A DNA stretch of 64,000 nt from Octopus bimaculoides (taxonomy: Eukaryota): contig NC_068985.1 of the NCBI RefSeq assembly GCF_001194135.2, positions 22,176,632-22,240,631 on the forward strand. Reading direction: 5' to 3'. Position 1 is the first letter of the stretch. Each line of letters opens with the position of its first letter. The position numbers and the translations under genes are program-made. Positions 28,130 to 41,759 of the stretch are shown here, in pieces. Under the pieces are notes generated by a model that saw nothing but the letters and a program-made list of their open reading frames with translations, ran no database searches and was not told where the DNA came from.

Positions 28130-28660
28130 CAACAGTTTTCCTAGGTATCCTCTACTGAAAATAATTGGTATTTTTCACCTAACATTTTTCTTCATCTGTT
28201 TGCATCACATGTCCATAGCAGCTAAGTCATTTTCATTTCTTCTGAACACTTCCTTTAACATCCAACTACCCCTTTTTTTTTTTCTTACTTCATTTGTGTT
28301 CAGCTTCCCATGCAACATAACACAGCAAATCTAATAGATCATGCTTGCTTCATTTCTTTCCTCTGCAGATTTTCCATATTCACTGCATATACAATGCTCA
28401 TTCTCATACATGCTTTATACACAGTCTGTTTTACATGCCAGTAGAGAAACATTTTTCATCTGTCATTTCAGTGGTTTTTCTAGCTACAATCATCTTCTAC
28501 AATAATTAGCTCACCAAGTGAGCCATCTAAGAGTTCATGGACTTCATTTCATTAGTGTGTCTGCATTGATTCTGTCAGCCAGATCCTGTCACATTTGTAT
28601 TGCCATTACTTGCACGAACTGAGTACACAATACTAAGTCCTTATCCATCTCCTACCTACA
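28130..28660 (-). mobile_element. Old RTE LINE fragment
   Basis: Degenerate homology to the 42156-42547 RTE segment (LYDACVRTAMLHGSETW region). Confidence 0.5.
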
Positions 28661-29749
28661 TATTGAGCAAGGTCAGATAACACCAAGATTTTATGCTCTC
28701 TCTCTCTCTCTCTCACTCATGCACTCACTCTCTTTCTCTCTTTCTCTCTAACTAGCTAGCACTTTAGTTTTAAGCTCTGGGCTTAAAATTTTTTCTCAGT
28801 GTGACAGATTCTTGACTAAAAAATAGGTCATCAGCATTTTAAAGTTTTCAGAGACATCTAGTTCCTTTTGCATTATAACCTAAAAAACTATAATGAATCC
28901 CATCATACTCTCACTTCTTTCTCTCTCTCTCTCTCTCTCTCTCGCATACCCTTGTTCATCTTCTGCAATTGCCCTCTCTTTTACCTGCTCTGTTTATCAT
29001 GTTACTGAAATGAATGGAAACTACATAGGAGTGAGTAATGAGCACCATTTTGTGTTTCAGGGTTCAAAACAACATCACAAATACGGGTGCCTGATAAAAT
29101 GCATCCCATACACTCCGTGAAGTGGTTGGCAAATGAATGGAGATAAGCAAGTGGGTACATGGAGTTGGAAAAAACTCTTAAGTATTGTCCTGTTGGAGAC
29201 ATGACCATCTCTCTAGTGCTGGTGCCATGCCAACATGGAGAGCAGAGGTAAATTAATAACAGGAGGGGGGAGGNNNNNNNNNNNNNNNNNNNNNNNNNNN
29301 NNNNNNNNNNNNNNNNNNNNNNNNNNNNNNNNNNNNNNNNNNNNNNNNNNNNNNNNNNNNNNNNNNNNNNNNNNNNNNNNNNNNNNNNNNNNNNNNNNNN
29401 NNNNNNNNNNNNNNNNNNNNNNNNNNNNNNNNNNNNNNNNNNNNNNNNNNNNNNNNNNNNNNNNNNNNNNNNNNNNNNNNNNNNNNNNNNNNNNNNNNNN
29501 NNNNNNNNNNNNNNNNNNNNNNNNNNNNNNNNNNNNNNNNNNNNNNNNNNNNNNNNNNNNNNNNNNNNNNNNNNNNNNNNNNNNNNNNNNNNNNNNNNNN
29601 NNNNNNNNNNNNNNNNNNNNNNNNNNNNNNNNNNNNNNNNNNNNNNNNNNNNNNNNNNNNNNNNNNNNNNNNNNNNNNNNNNNNNNNNNNNNNNNNNNNN
29701 NNNNNNNNNNNNNNNNNNNNNNNNNNNNNNNNNNNNNNNNNNNNNNNNG

Positions 29750-29990
29750 AAGAGGAGGAGGAAGAGGAGGAGGAAGAGGAGGAGGAAGAGGAGGAGGAAG
29801 AGGAGGAGGAAGAGGAGGAGGAAGAGGAGGAGGAAGAGGAGGAACGGGATGAGGAGGAGGAAGAAGTGGGGGAGGAGGAAGAGGAGGAAGAGGTTGAAGA
29901 GGGGGAGGAGGAAACAGAAGAGGAGGAGGAAGAGGAGGAGGAAGAAGAAGAAGAAGAAAAGAAGAAGAAGAGGAGGAGGAGGAGGAGGAT
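29750..29990. repeat. Polypurine (GAGGAGGAGGAA)n / (GAA)n tract
   Basis: Read directly; continues into the gap. It generates the poly-Pro and poly-Gly pseudo-ORFs. Confidence 0.95.
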
Positions 29991-30318
29991 AGGTTATAAT
30001 TATCCATGAAGAGGACTGACAGAATCAATTGTTTCACCATTCATTATCAAATGAATAATTAAGCTAGTCTTGAACAACATGATGGTGACCTTGATCTCTG
30101 CATAGACACCACAATGATGCAAGCAAATAAACAAAGGACTGCATTTCATGTGACCGTATGAACTACTTTGATACTGAATGACAGTAACTTATTTTATTAC
30201 AGCTGATGAGTTTAACAAGAATATCGAACAACATCATATAGTTCAAGTAATGATGGGATTCAAGACTCCTGGAGCTTGAGATACAAATGATTGTCTTCCA
30301 TTAATATGTTTTCTATCA

Positions 30319-30526
30319 AAGGGAGTGAGCTGATAGAAACGTTAGCACACCAGGAAAAATGCTTAGAGGCATTTCGCTTGTCTTTACGTTCTGAGCTCAA
30401 ATTCCGCCCAGGTCAACTTTCATCCTTTCGGGGTTGATAAATTAAGTACCAGTTGCGTACTGGAGCTGATCTAATCGACTGATACCCTCCCCAAAAATTT
30501 CAGGCCTTGTGCCTAGAGTAGAAAAG
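30319..30526 (+). mobile_element. SINE family B
   Basis: Full length; perfect 16-bp TSD AATATGTTTTCTATCA (30303-30318, 30527-30542). A family C copy follows at about 30545-30745. Confidence 0.9.
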
Positions 30527-31690
30527 AATATGTTTTCTATCATTCTGATTGTTTAATGTCTGCTTTCTATGCTGGCATGGGTTGGATGGCTTGACAGGAA
30601 CTGGCGAGGCCAGGGACCATACCAGGTTCCATAATCTGTTATGACTCGATTTCTATGGCTGGGTGCCTTTCCTAGTGCCAACCACCTTACAGAGGGCACT
30701 GGGTACTTTTTACATGGCACCATCACCAGTGCTTTTTACATGAAAGATCAAGTATAAAATAATGACAATGACAATGATGATGATGCTGTATTCATCAATG
30801 GCTACTCAACCCATTGAACAAATAGTGATAGGCAAAATATATGACTTTGTTTGCCTTTGATATACATTTCTTTTAACTAGATACAAAGCTAATTTGTATG
30901 GAAGAAATAAATAGTAAATCAAATCAGTCTCAGTACATTACTGGTATTCATTTCATCCATCTTAAGACACAACAAGCAGAACTAATCCTGGGAAGATTTG
31001 ACTAAGAAGTGATTAGCTAAATATTGAAAAGCATATTGACTGGAATTCTAGTATTTTTGCTAACTTCAATAAAAGATACATACATACACATTTAAACATC
31101 TTTCTATACAATATATTCATAGTAGCTTTATGGCTAATACAAATGAAGAAGGAAGCATTTTATACTAAGTTAGTAGAACGAATATATGGATTTTTCTATT
31201 TGAAACACACACAAACACACAATATAAGGAAGTAGGCTAATGCTATTGTTTCAACAGGAAACTGCTTTCATCTCTTTTCTGACACTGAGATTGAAGTAAG
31301 CACATCACAGTAGAAATGTAATCATTAACCATCAACAGAGCAGTTCACATTTCTTATGACGTACATCGTACGTCTCTAAATAAAGACATTTAATAGGTAA
31401 GTCAAACTGAGACAGAAAGAGAAGAGAGAGTGAGAAAAGGGGTGATAAGAGAGAGTGTGAGGAAGGGTGGGAAGAGAGAGTGAGAAAGAGGAAAGTATAT
31501 AGAAGTAAGAGAAGGGAGATTAAGAAAGAGAATATGCGTGTGTGTGTGTGTGTGTGTGTGTTTAAATGGAAAAAACAGAAAATAAAATTGTTATGTAATG
31601 GAAAAATGTAAGAAAGAATTTGACTGTTTAAGTCTTGGTATTTTTGACTTTGGGGCACTTGATCTGCTGATTTTACATATTTGGCCTTAC

Positions 31691-31752
31691 CAGTAAGGCC
31701 AAGTTCCTCCAGATATCATATGATTCACTTGAGATTAGAAGTAAAGAAAGAT
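31691..31752 (-). CDS. Candidate exon (DLSLLLISSESYDIWRNLALL)
   Basis: Acceptor gctttgcag with a weak pyrimidine tract, strong donor CTG|gtaagg, 62 nt phase 1 to 0. Confidence 0.4.
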
Positions 31753-31975
31753 CTGCAAAGCTCCATTTTCAATGACATTTGCTGCAACAGTCTATGAATA
31801 ATACATCCTTTACCAAATGAACCTCTGGGGCAAAAGTCAACACCAGTGTGAATCTATGCAATGGAGTATTAAATGGCATTAGAATATAACTGAAATGTAA
31901 ATTAATATAGAGATAAATATTAACACCACTACAAAGACAACAACAAAATTATAGGCATAGCACTTGCAATGGGCA

Positions 31976-32192
31976 AAAGCAGCAAGCTGGCAGAATCATT
32001 AGCATGCTGGGTAAAATGCTTAGCAGCATTTAATCCATCTTTATGTTCTTAGTTCAAATTCCACCAAGATCTACTTTGCCTTTCATCCTTGTGGGGTCCC
32101 TAAAATAAGTGCCAGTTGAACATTAGGATTGATGTAATTGACTTAGCTCCTTCCCCGAAATTGCTGGCCTTGTGCCAAAATTTGAATTCTAT
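31976..32192 (+). mobile_element. SINE family B
   Basis: Full length; 13-bp TSD TGCAAT(G/A)GGCAAA. Confidence 0.85.
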
Positions 32193-32437
32193 ACTGCAAT
32201 AGGCAAAGGCTGTATTATATCATTCAAGCTAAACCACATCAAGGAATGAAACGGCAGAATCCAAGGAAACTAGTGAAGATCTGTATTAGTTTATCAGTAT
32301 CAAAATAATAAAAGATCGTGTAGGTTGTAAGAAAGAAATAGAGAGTGTGTCTGGTGTTTTAGATGATGGTCTTTTAACTGGAGGAAAGGAAAAATTTTGG
32401 GAAGAAGAAAAGTATGTAGTGGTGGAAAGGCATATAT

Positions 32438-32735
32438 GATCATCATCGCCGTTTAATGTCCGCTTTCCATGCTAGCATGGGTTGGACGATTTGACTGAGG
32501 ACTGGTGGACCAGGTGGCTACACCAGGCTCCAATCTGATTTGGCAGAGTTTCTACAGCTGGATGCCCTTCCTAACGCCAACCACTCCGAGAGTGTAGTGG
32601 GTGCTTTTACATGCCCCCAGCACGAGGACCAGTCAGGCAGTACTGGCAACGGCCACACTCGAAATGGTGTATTTTACGTGCCACCTGCACAGGAGCCAGT
32701 CCAGCGGCACTGGCAATGATCTCGCTTGAATGTCT
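32438..32735 (+). mobile_element. SINE family C, low divergence
   Basis: CATCATCGCCGTTTAATGTCCGCTTTCCATGCTAGCATGGG... with a CCAGTC/GGCAC repeat tail like the RTE 3' UTR at 41760-41960. Confidence 0.9.
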
Positions 32736-33353
32736 TGCTGGCACATCCCTACAGTTAGAATAAATGACAACATAGCCACACAATTTTTGTGCTCTTATAT
32801 ATAGCTCACATCCACTCCTACCAGTTCACACAAATGTAGACAACATATCACACAACAATTTCTTTTCACATACATTTTGCTTAGCTCTTCTGCTCCCTGC
32901 ACTCACTAGACAATACCCACCTTTTCTTCCATTCCATCTGCCTTTCAACCATGCAAGACATAACTCAAAGTATGTACTTTGTTCCTTTCCCACTAAGTTT
33001 TTTTGTTCCCCTTACTCTTCCCTCAAAGGACCATTGTCTGAAATATCAAATACTCTCTCTCTCTCTCTTTCTCTTACAGTATGAAATTAATAATTACATA
33101 CTCTGTACTCTTCTTTGCCTTGTTTTGTTCATGAGGTTTTCACTGAGTTGGTTACCACGCTGACTGCAAATGCAGACATCTAGATTATTGAATTATACTT
33201 AATTTGGATTATCTTTATCCTTATTATTTGCTGACACTAATTTCCCTGGATTCTACTCTTCTACTCTTTCATTCATTTCTCAGTGTAATTTGGCTTGAAT
33301 AATACAAACTAGCCATCACCTATTGTAATATTACTGTAAAATTATAGAAGAGC

Positions 33354-33391
<38 letters not shown>

Positions 33392-33479
33392 ATCTGGAAC
33401 TTTTCTGCTAAACAAGTAAAAAGTTTACTAATTCCATTTTCTGAAGTTTCTATACATAAAGTCATGCTTAGTTCACCTT

Positions 33480-33712
33480 ACTTCATAAGGAGCATAGGGC
33501 CATTTTCCCAGTTTCTCTGACATATATATTCCTCCTTGGATGGGATACCAGTTCATTGTAAGATTACACATTTTTTTTCATCTGAATTGACTGGAGCAAC
33601 ATGAAATAAAGTGTTTTGTTCAAGAACACAACACATCACCCAATCCAAGAATTGGAATCACAATCTTACGATCATGAGTCCAACACCTTAACCACTAAGC
33701 CATATATCTCCA
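33480..33712 (-). mobile_element. tRNA-derived SINE (family D-like head, different body)
   Basis: Minus-strand head GGAGATATATGGCTTAGTGGTTAAGGTGTTGGACTCATGATCG. Confidence 0.65.
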
Positions 33713-34559
33713 ATAAAAATAGAGTCATGCCCATTATTATTTTTCAAATCACACCCTGCCATCTTGAAAAATGAAGACAATGAATATTATAGTCCCGAGT
33801 GATTATATCCGAAACAATTTTGATTATAGGTCTGCCCAGTAAAGGCTGAAATTGTTGTAAGTGTAACATATTGCTTGTATGTGAATGAATAGTGGGAATC
33901 GGTAGGACTATATATCAATGTTCAATGGCTGTGTATGATGATGTATGTATGAGGTATGCGAGGCAGTTGTGTATATGTGATGTGTGGTTATATGAGTGGA
34001 GATATGCTGCAAGAGGAAGGCAAGTCATTTGTTTAAACCATATGGATGTGCAGTACCAAGACAGAACGTAATACACAGTTCACCTTTCCACAGCACAAAG
34101 GCAAACATTATTACTTAAAGCATATACTTTTCCCTCGGAACACCTTTGATCATATAGGTCTGCTACGTTAGAGCTGACTTGGGCTAAACAACAACAAGTT
34201 AATATCCTGCAGGAATCAACTTTGGCTTATGAGTTAATAAAATAACTAAGTAGTATTGTATTTCTGGTACCTTAAAAAAATTGGTGTGGTGCATTGTCAA
34301 AATGGAAATATACAATTATAGCCATATTTTCTTTTGTAACTGTGACATACTAAAAGATATTACTAGGAATTAATCTAAGTATTGTTTTTAGTATTTCTGT
34401 TCTTCTTTAAGCAAACTGCTAAAAATGTTACAATGGCTCCTGGCTGCAAGCAATTGACCATTTACAGTATAGAATAAAAGCTATGTAATATAACTGATAT
34501 AGGTTCCTCCTGATAAAACCCAAAATAGCTCTTTTGTACTTACTAATATATGTTATTCC

Positions 34560-34944
34560 TTTGTTGTTGTTGTTGGCACTCTGTCGCTTACGACGTCGAG
34601 GGTTCCAGTTGATCCGATCAACGGAACAGCCTGCTCGTGAAATTAACGTGCAAGTGGCTGAGCACTCCACAGACATGTGTACTCTTAACGTAGTTCTCGA
34701 GGATATTCAGCGTGACAAGGCTGACCCTTTGAATTACAGGCACAACAGAAACAGGAAGTAAGAGTGAGAGAAAGTGGTGGTGGAAGAGTACAGCAGGGTT
34801 CACCACCATCCCCTGCCACAGCCTCATGGAGCTTTAGGTGTTTTCACTCAATAAACACTCACAACGCCAGGTCTGGGAATCAAAACCGCGATCCTATGAC
34901 CGCGAGTCCGCTGCCCTAACCACTGGGCCATTGCGCCTCCACCT
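34560..34944 (-). mobile_element. tRNA-derived SINE family D, young
   Basis: tRNA-like head GGAGGCGCAATGGCCCAGTGGTTAGGGCAGCGGACTCGCGG with A/B-box-like motifs; (CAA)n tail; perfect 11-bp TSD TATGTTATTCC (34549-34559, 34945-34955). Similar in kind to described octopus tRNA-derived SINEs; family not verified. Confidence 0.9.
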
Positions 34945-36526
34945 TATGTTATTCCAGCCAAGCCATATAAAGATACTCTGCCAACATTCATTTTTCACTC
35001 CTTCTTCGGGGTTACTATTAACTATTCTCATTTTCACTGTCGTTTCACTGTGTCACATACAATGAAATGCCATTCTTAATCAACTTTTTTTTTTTAAGAG
35101 GCAGTCATTTTCCAAATATTTTCCCTCATTTTCCTGATCAGCTGACTAAAACTTATGTAACACAATCTCATAGTTCACAAATGAATGCAGGAAGTGCAAT
35201 ATGGTTTGAATTAAGATTCTTTTAAAATTTCAATGTTTTTTACCCCTTTGACAAGTTACTTGTTTATCTTAACCAAGAATCTATTGAACTATGTAAATAG
35301 AAAGAACAGAAACAGCACTATACTACAGTTTATTTATATAATATTTTTAAGCTTAAAAGTATTACATACATAACATGCATATATAACATTAATATAAACA
35401 ATATGGCTGAATTAAAGATTTGATCATAAATCTACATAGTTGACAATCTGACATTACCTCATCTATTCAAACCATTTATATTAGTATACATTATTATTTT
35501 TAGAAATTATTTATAATATCTAATGTAAATGTAATATATAAATGTAAATTTCTGCTAATCCTCAAGGTGCTTTTAAAGGGTGGTGCATAGATCTGATTTC
35601 ATGTCTTTAAACAGAGGAGACAAATATTCCTCTGGAGAGGATACTGTCTACAGCAGATAACATTCCCAGATTATCTGGTACCTATTCTTGACAGCTAGAT
35701 GAAGTGGGACACAGTCTAAGTGCAATATGCCCAAGCAAACAACACAATTTCTGCTGTAGATTTGAACTCAAAACCATTGATTTCAATATCCAGTATCCAC
35801 ACAGCTATTTTAGTTTTACACATCTAATGTGCATAACATGAATAGACTGTAATACAACACTATACTCTGAATACTGTATGTACTGAGGTCCCCATTAGAC
35901 AAGTCACAAGTATGTTATTGTAGCTATTTCATTTGAATGTAATAATTCAGGCAGTCAAGAATTGTGATGTCACTTTGGTATAGCAGTTAACACAGCTATA
36001 TGGTTTACAGCAGACATGGTGTTCAAATCCCACAAGCAATGTTACAACTTTCTTCTACTTCTATATTAGATAATATAATCATTTATTTCTCTTGACTAAA
36101 TATAAGACTTTACATTTGTAAAGGAATATAATGTTATTATTTTTCTCAAGGGCATCAAGGGTGTCAGTGGAGTGAAAAAACTATAACTGGGTTATGGACA
36201 ACTCAAAAGTAGCTCATCTCTTTTACGACACAGTGCTATTCACATGTCACAAAATAACTATGTAGATTTTACTTTTCTACCCATGGAGAGATTGTATAGG
36301 CATTTGTTTATAGTTGTCTAATGTACCCAATAGCTTACACTATGTCAGCTGAAATTTGTAACAATTATACTAATTATTATTATAATAATATTTAACACTC
36401 GATAATACAATTATAGTCTCAAAAAAATGCTGCTTAGGACATCAATAATTAATTAATTGAAGTAGCTGCTAGCTACATGCTATTTATGCAAATTGGGTTT
36501 TCTGGTTTAGTGAAGTTTCTAAACAC

Positions 36527-36613
36527 CTGATATAGTTGTATGAGACAAGGAGAAAAGGCCATGCTGCATTCTGGAGATGAGTTGCCTAGTAGATGCAAAT
36601 GTTTCATAAAAAA
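36527..36613 (-). CDS. Candidate exon (FYETFASTRQLISRMQHGLFSLSHTTIS)
   Basis: Strong acceptor gttgttctccttttctccag, donor CAG|gtgttt, 87 nt phase 1 to 1. Weaker phase-0 acceptors at 36641 and 36653 keep the same frame. Confidence 0.4.
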
Positions 36614-37121
36614 CTGGAGAAAAGGAGAACAACTTGAAGAACTGATGAGAAATCTACAGCTCTTATATCCAGAATATAGATTTTCATTCATCCTTGTTCG
36701 CATAGATTACATAACAACAGGTCTGCATTAAACCTAAAAATACTTGGGTTCTCTTAAAAAGAACAGAACTGACTGATTCATATTCTCTGGATACAATTGA
36801 TTATGGGCACAGTGAAAATGTGTAAAATATTTCAAGAATTTCCAATTTTTAAGAATCCTGGATGAACATAAGTACATGATCACATATACATATAGAATAC
36901 ACGTGCATGAACATACATAAACAGAAATGAAACATACACACATGTATTTTATCATGACACACCGACCTACAAGTGCAGGTTTATCCACACACACACACAC
37001 ACAACATATACACGTATATGCATATATCAACAAAGCCTAACAGCTGTCTTCAGCCTTACCACTATGTTAGTGACTGGCCTGAAAAGGAAAAGAACTTAAA
37101 ATAAACCCCAAAGAAACAAAC

Positions 37122-37161
<40 letters not shown>

Positions 37162-37475
37162 ATACAATGGATCCATAGAGAGATAATACATAGGTGTGTT
37201 ATTCCTGAGGAATGTCCCAAATAGGACCAAAAGAAATTTAATCACTTTCTCTCTTTCTAGCCACAGATATTTGCTTACATTTACCTGGTGCATCTAATTA
37301 AACAAGTAGTATTAGCTAAAAATTAGTACAGTTTTAAAACCATACTGCTAAGCATTATAATAATTATTATGATAATAATTAACTACTGAGTAGAATGATT
37401 TAAAAAAATTAATGCAACAGTTTCTTATATAATCTTGATGTGTTTTAGGGGAGGAATTAAAAATAAAAATTTCAT

Positions 37476-37890
37476 CATCATTTTAATGACCACTTTTCTT
37501 TGCTTGCATGGGTCGGATGGGAATTTGTTGAGGCACATTTTTTAATGCCTGGATGCCTTCTTCCTATCACCAACTCCCACCTGTTTCCAAGCAAAGTAAT
37601 ATTTCCCAGGACCAGACATATTTTACACAGAAGACTGGAAACAAACAACATTGCTTGTTTACAACCCTGATGTGATTTTAAGATATGGGTACACAAGTAC
37701 ACACACACACACAGTTATATACATATGACAAACTTCTCCCAGTTTCCGTCTACTAATTCCACTCACAAAGCTTTGGTCAACATCCAACCCTTTAGCAGAA
37801 GATATTTGCACATGTGCTGCACAGTGGAACTAACCCAAGATCACATAGATGGAAAGCAAGCATCTCAGTCACATAGCCATATCTTCACCT
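37476..37890. mobile_element. SINE C-like copy (+) followed by SINE A 5' half (-)
   Basis: CATCATCATTTTAATGACCACTTTTC start; reverse SINE A head near 37720-37890. Confidence 0.7.
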
Positions 37891-38863
37891 CCATGCAGTT
37901 ATTCTTTGTTTTAATAATGAATTTAAAACAGCAACATAGAATATGTAAGCCATAACCACAAATACTTAATAGCTAAATATAATTATCCATAATCCAGTCT
38001 TTTAGACTATACCTTATATACACAACATTTCTATACAGGAAAAAAAAAAGAACAAATTTTCATTTATGATAGATTGATTAGCATTTAGTAAACCTCAAAA
38101 GTTCTTTTCTAAGAACAAGTCTGTTGAACAAGTTAAAAATTATTAAACAAGGTAGTTCAAAATAGTCAGTTGGTAAAATTATAGGATATACTGTCTACAA
38201 TTCCAGCATTCCAAACACAGCCATTTGTTGGCTAATAATACTTCTTGGTGATTTTGCAAAGTAATTTTCTTGTTATAATTATAATTAATTAGAAAGCCAT
38301 TGATGTCAGTCTGTGGAATGTATTGTGAAATGTTTTAAATATTTTTATGCCTTGTTCAAGATACTTGGACATGGAACAAGAAATTTCTACAGAATAAAAG
38401 CTCATTCAGGGATTTTTTACTTTTGTTTAAAGACTTAAAGCTTGAAATTGAAACTAGGTTAAAAACTCAACTTAGAAATAATACTTCTTGATTAAAAACA
38501 AAATTGATTAGTTAACTTAAAATTATTTTGCTACAGCTAATATAATTACCAAACACTTAGATCTGAATTTGATTTTGTCTTCTACATTTTTGAAGTTAGT
38601 TTTTCTCCACGAGCTATTTTTCCAGTAGTTGATTTTATGATGGACAATACATATTTGCCTTTATAAGACTCTACAAGACTGTGGTGTAAGAATATGCAGG
38701 TGTAGGTATTGGTCAATTTAAATTTCAAATTAGTAGCTGCAGAGAAATTACAGTTCAAGGGAAGATGGGTTTAACAAGTATTCAAAATGAAATCAAAATG
38801 AGGAAATGCATACAAGAGTTTGGAGAGACAAATTCATATTGGAATAAAATTAATCTTGTATAC

Positions 38864-38958
38864 ATCTTTTGTTTTCTGTCTAACACAGAAATCAATATTA
38901 TCTTTAGATTTGCCAGGAAATATAACAGAAAATATAGACACAGTTCTTCTGCTTGATT
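38864..38958 (-). CDS. Candidate exon (SSRRTVSIFSVIFPGKSKDNIDFCVRQKTKD)
   Basis: Strong acceptor tgtttttgtctttttttaaag, weak donor GAT|gtatac, phase 1 to 0. Confidence 0.35.
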
Positions 38959-39678
38959 CTTTAAAAAAAGACAAAAACATACAAATAAAGAAAATATCAA
39001 ATATTGCTAATCAGAGAATTATGAAGGAAACACAATAAGAATGAGCAAATATGGTGCAATAGTTTCAATAGTGAATTAAGTAAGAAAATTTGAGAGAGTA
39101 AAGTTCAGTGCAACAACAAAAGCAGTTACATAATGTAGAACCTCCGTTTTATGATTTTGTTAGGGCCTCTGAGATTGGAGAGAGGAAGGGAGAAAATTAT
39201 CCTTAGGCCATAGATCTGATCAAATGCTTGTAATGAAGCTGACTTTGTAAAGGCACAGAAAGAGCCAGTGTTAAGCCAGGCAAGAACAGGAACAATCTCT
39301 ACAACAGTTTTCCACATAATTTCTGTCAATCAAATTTCATTCACATAGTTTTGATCAACCTGAGGTTACAGTAAAAGATAGTTGCCCAAGGTTTTGTACA
39401 TCAGGGTTAACCTTATACAGTTGAAAAGCAAACTTCTAAACCACACTGCCATGCTTGCATCCAGACCAAAACGTGAAAGCTTAGCATAAAATATAACAGA
39501 AAATATAGACACAGTTCTTCTGCTTGATTCTTAAAAAAAAAAGACAAAAACATTTTAAAAAACCAAAAACTCTGGTATGCGGAGTTCTTGACTGGTAGCA
39601 CTTGCATGTGCGAGTTGTTTGCAAGACATGTTTCCAAAAGAAAAGGAAGACGGAGGAAAAAAATCACCAACAATCCAC

Positions 39679-39725
<47 letters not shown>

Positions 39726-39940
39726 ATATATGTCTGTGTGTGTGTGTGTGTGTATGTGTGTAAGAGAGAGACAGAGAGAGAGGAAGAGAAAGAGAGAATG
39801 TCCACTCCATGCCACCATAGAAAGCAGACATTAAATGATGATCATCTATATATATAATCATTTAACATCCATCTTCCTTGCAAACATGGATCAGAAATTT
39901 TATATAAATATACATATATCAGCATGAAGATAGACAGACA

Positions 39941-40007
<67 letters not shown>

Positions 40008-41759
40008 GCATATGTATCCACATATCTGTTGCAAATAGAATAAAATAGTAAAACATTAATGAAAATATTTGTAGAGAATTATAATCAGATGGGCTGCCAT
40101 AAGTTAAAACTATTAAACGGTGTACTTATAAAGTCAATTGGTAAAATGTATAACTTTGATAGGAATTCCTGTTTACAGTTAGATCTTCATCTGTTTTTCG
40201 AATATTGGTTGAAATAGTGTAAGTATATCTAACTGACATATAAAACTACATATTTAATCTAAGAAAAATATGTTTCACCAAGTGAAATCCAAGATACCTG
40301 CAATAATAATGGAGAAAATATTTGTCCGATGGTTATTAAATAGTATTTGTATTAGTGTAAGACTACCATTTACATTATTAGCATTAATCAGATGACTACA
40401 GCCAGCCTTACATCAAAAGCATTCCAGTCATCTCTGCTCTGCTGTTTTACATATCACATATTATATTGTCTAATGTGACCTTCATTTTCTAAGATATGAT
40501 GTGATGAAGATTTTGCTATTATTTCTAGTAGGTCATGTAACCACATATAGTCTAGTCTTCTCGTTGGGTCTCTGTTGAAGCTGTTGATTATGAGAGTAGT
40601 GACAGTGAGAATCAGGGATAATCAATCTATCACAAAAGCATCACCTAATGGCTTTATAATATGTTTGTATAATCGATGATTGGTTGTTACTGACTCATTT
40701 CAAACTGACTTTGGTTAAATTGACTAATGACATTGCAGATAAGTTTTGTTTTTTTTTAAATCAGTATGCCCTTGTTGTAATCATCCTATCATTGTTGAGA
40801 GCATACTTTCCTAAGTTATTGGATCAAAAACATTTGACATCCAGTCTAAAAATCCAGTGTATTTTGTCAAGTAAGATTTAATTAGCACTCAATTCTTCAG
40901 CAAGTCAAAAAAAATATTATATTTATATAGCAATTCCTTTACTGGTTCGATATAATTGATATGGATAAAAATAGTGAAAGTATTAACTTTTCTAATTTTG
41001 GAAAATATTTTTTTAGAATGTTGATTTATTTTAGCTAAATTTAGACTAGTTTGTAGAACTATATAATTCTCTTTATAAATATCAAAAATGAAATACATTA
41101 ATTTTGCAGTTTTAAAAAAAATTAAATACTTTGCATTTTTTAATATAAATTTATTTTTAATATTATTTATTTTCCTTTGTTTTATTAATTTATATTAGCT
41201 CAATGTTATTATCATTAAAATAGTTATAATTTGCATTTATCTTTTACTCTCAATGTCTCGCAAATCACTATCCTAAGATGTAATCTTGAAATTTAATTCT
41301 ACTGAAATGAAGTAGCAATTTCTTTCTATTTCACAAAAAAAAAGAAAAGAAAAGAAAAGAAAGAAAATAACATACTCCAGGGGAAAATTTAGAGACAAGT
41401 AGTTAGATATTATCTAAGAGAGTTCAGCTTAATTGCAATGATTATCTAAAGATGCTGTACTGCAGACTGATTAAGATATATGAAAAACAGATATAAACTG
41501 TTATTAGAAAGATAAAGAAAAAATTTTTAAATAAAGGGAAAACTTACTTAAATTTTTCTATTGTTTCTTATATTAACAGTAGAAATGTAAATATGAAAAA
41601 GATAAAAAACATATGAAGGAAGAAAGCCACTACTAACACTAGTTTTTATGCATTTAGTACATTAGGTATAAAGAGGATGCAAAGAATTAAAAGCTATAAT
41701 TTACAATAACTATATTTACTATAATCTTATCTATAAAAGGCAGATTTTTCTGTGTGTGC

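Noticed and set aside
34860-34941. Possible tRNA gene
   Set aside because: It is the head of a SINE with body, tail and TSD, and lacks a complete acceptor stem.
40889-41098. AT-rich ORF with an acceptor-like site at about 41068
   Set aside because: No convincing donor or phase fit; composition like intron.
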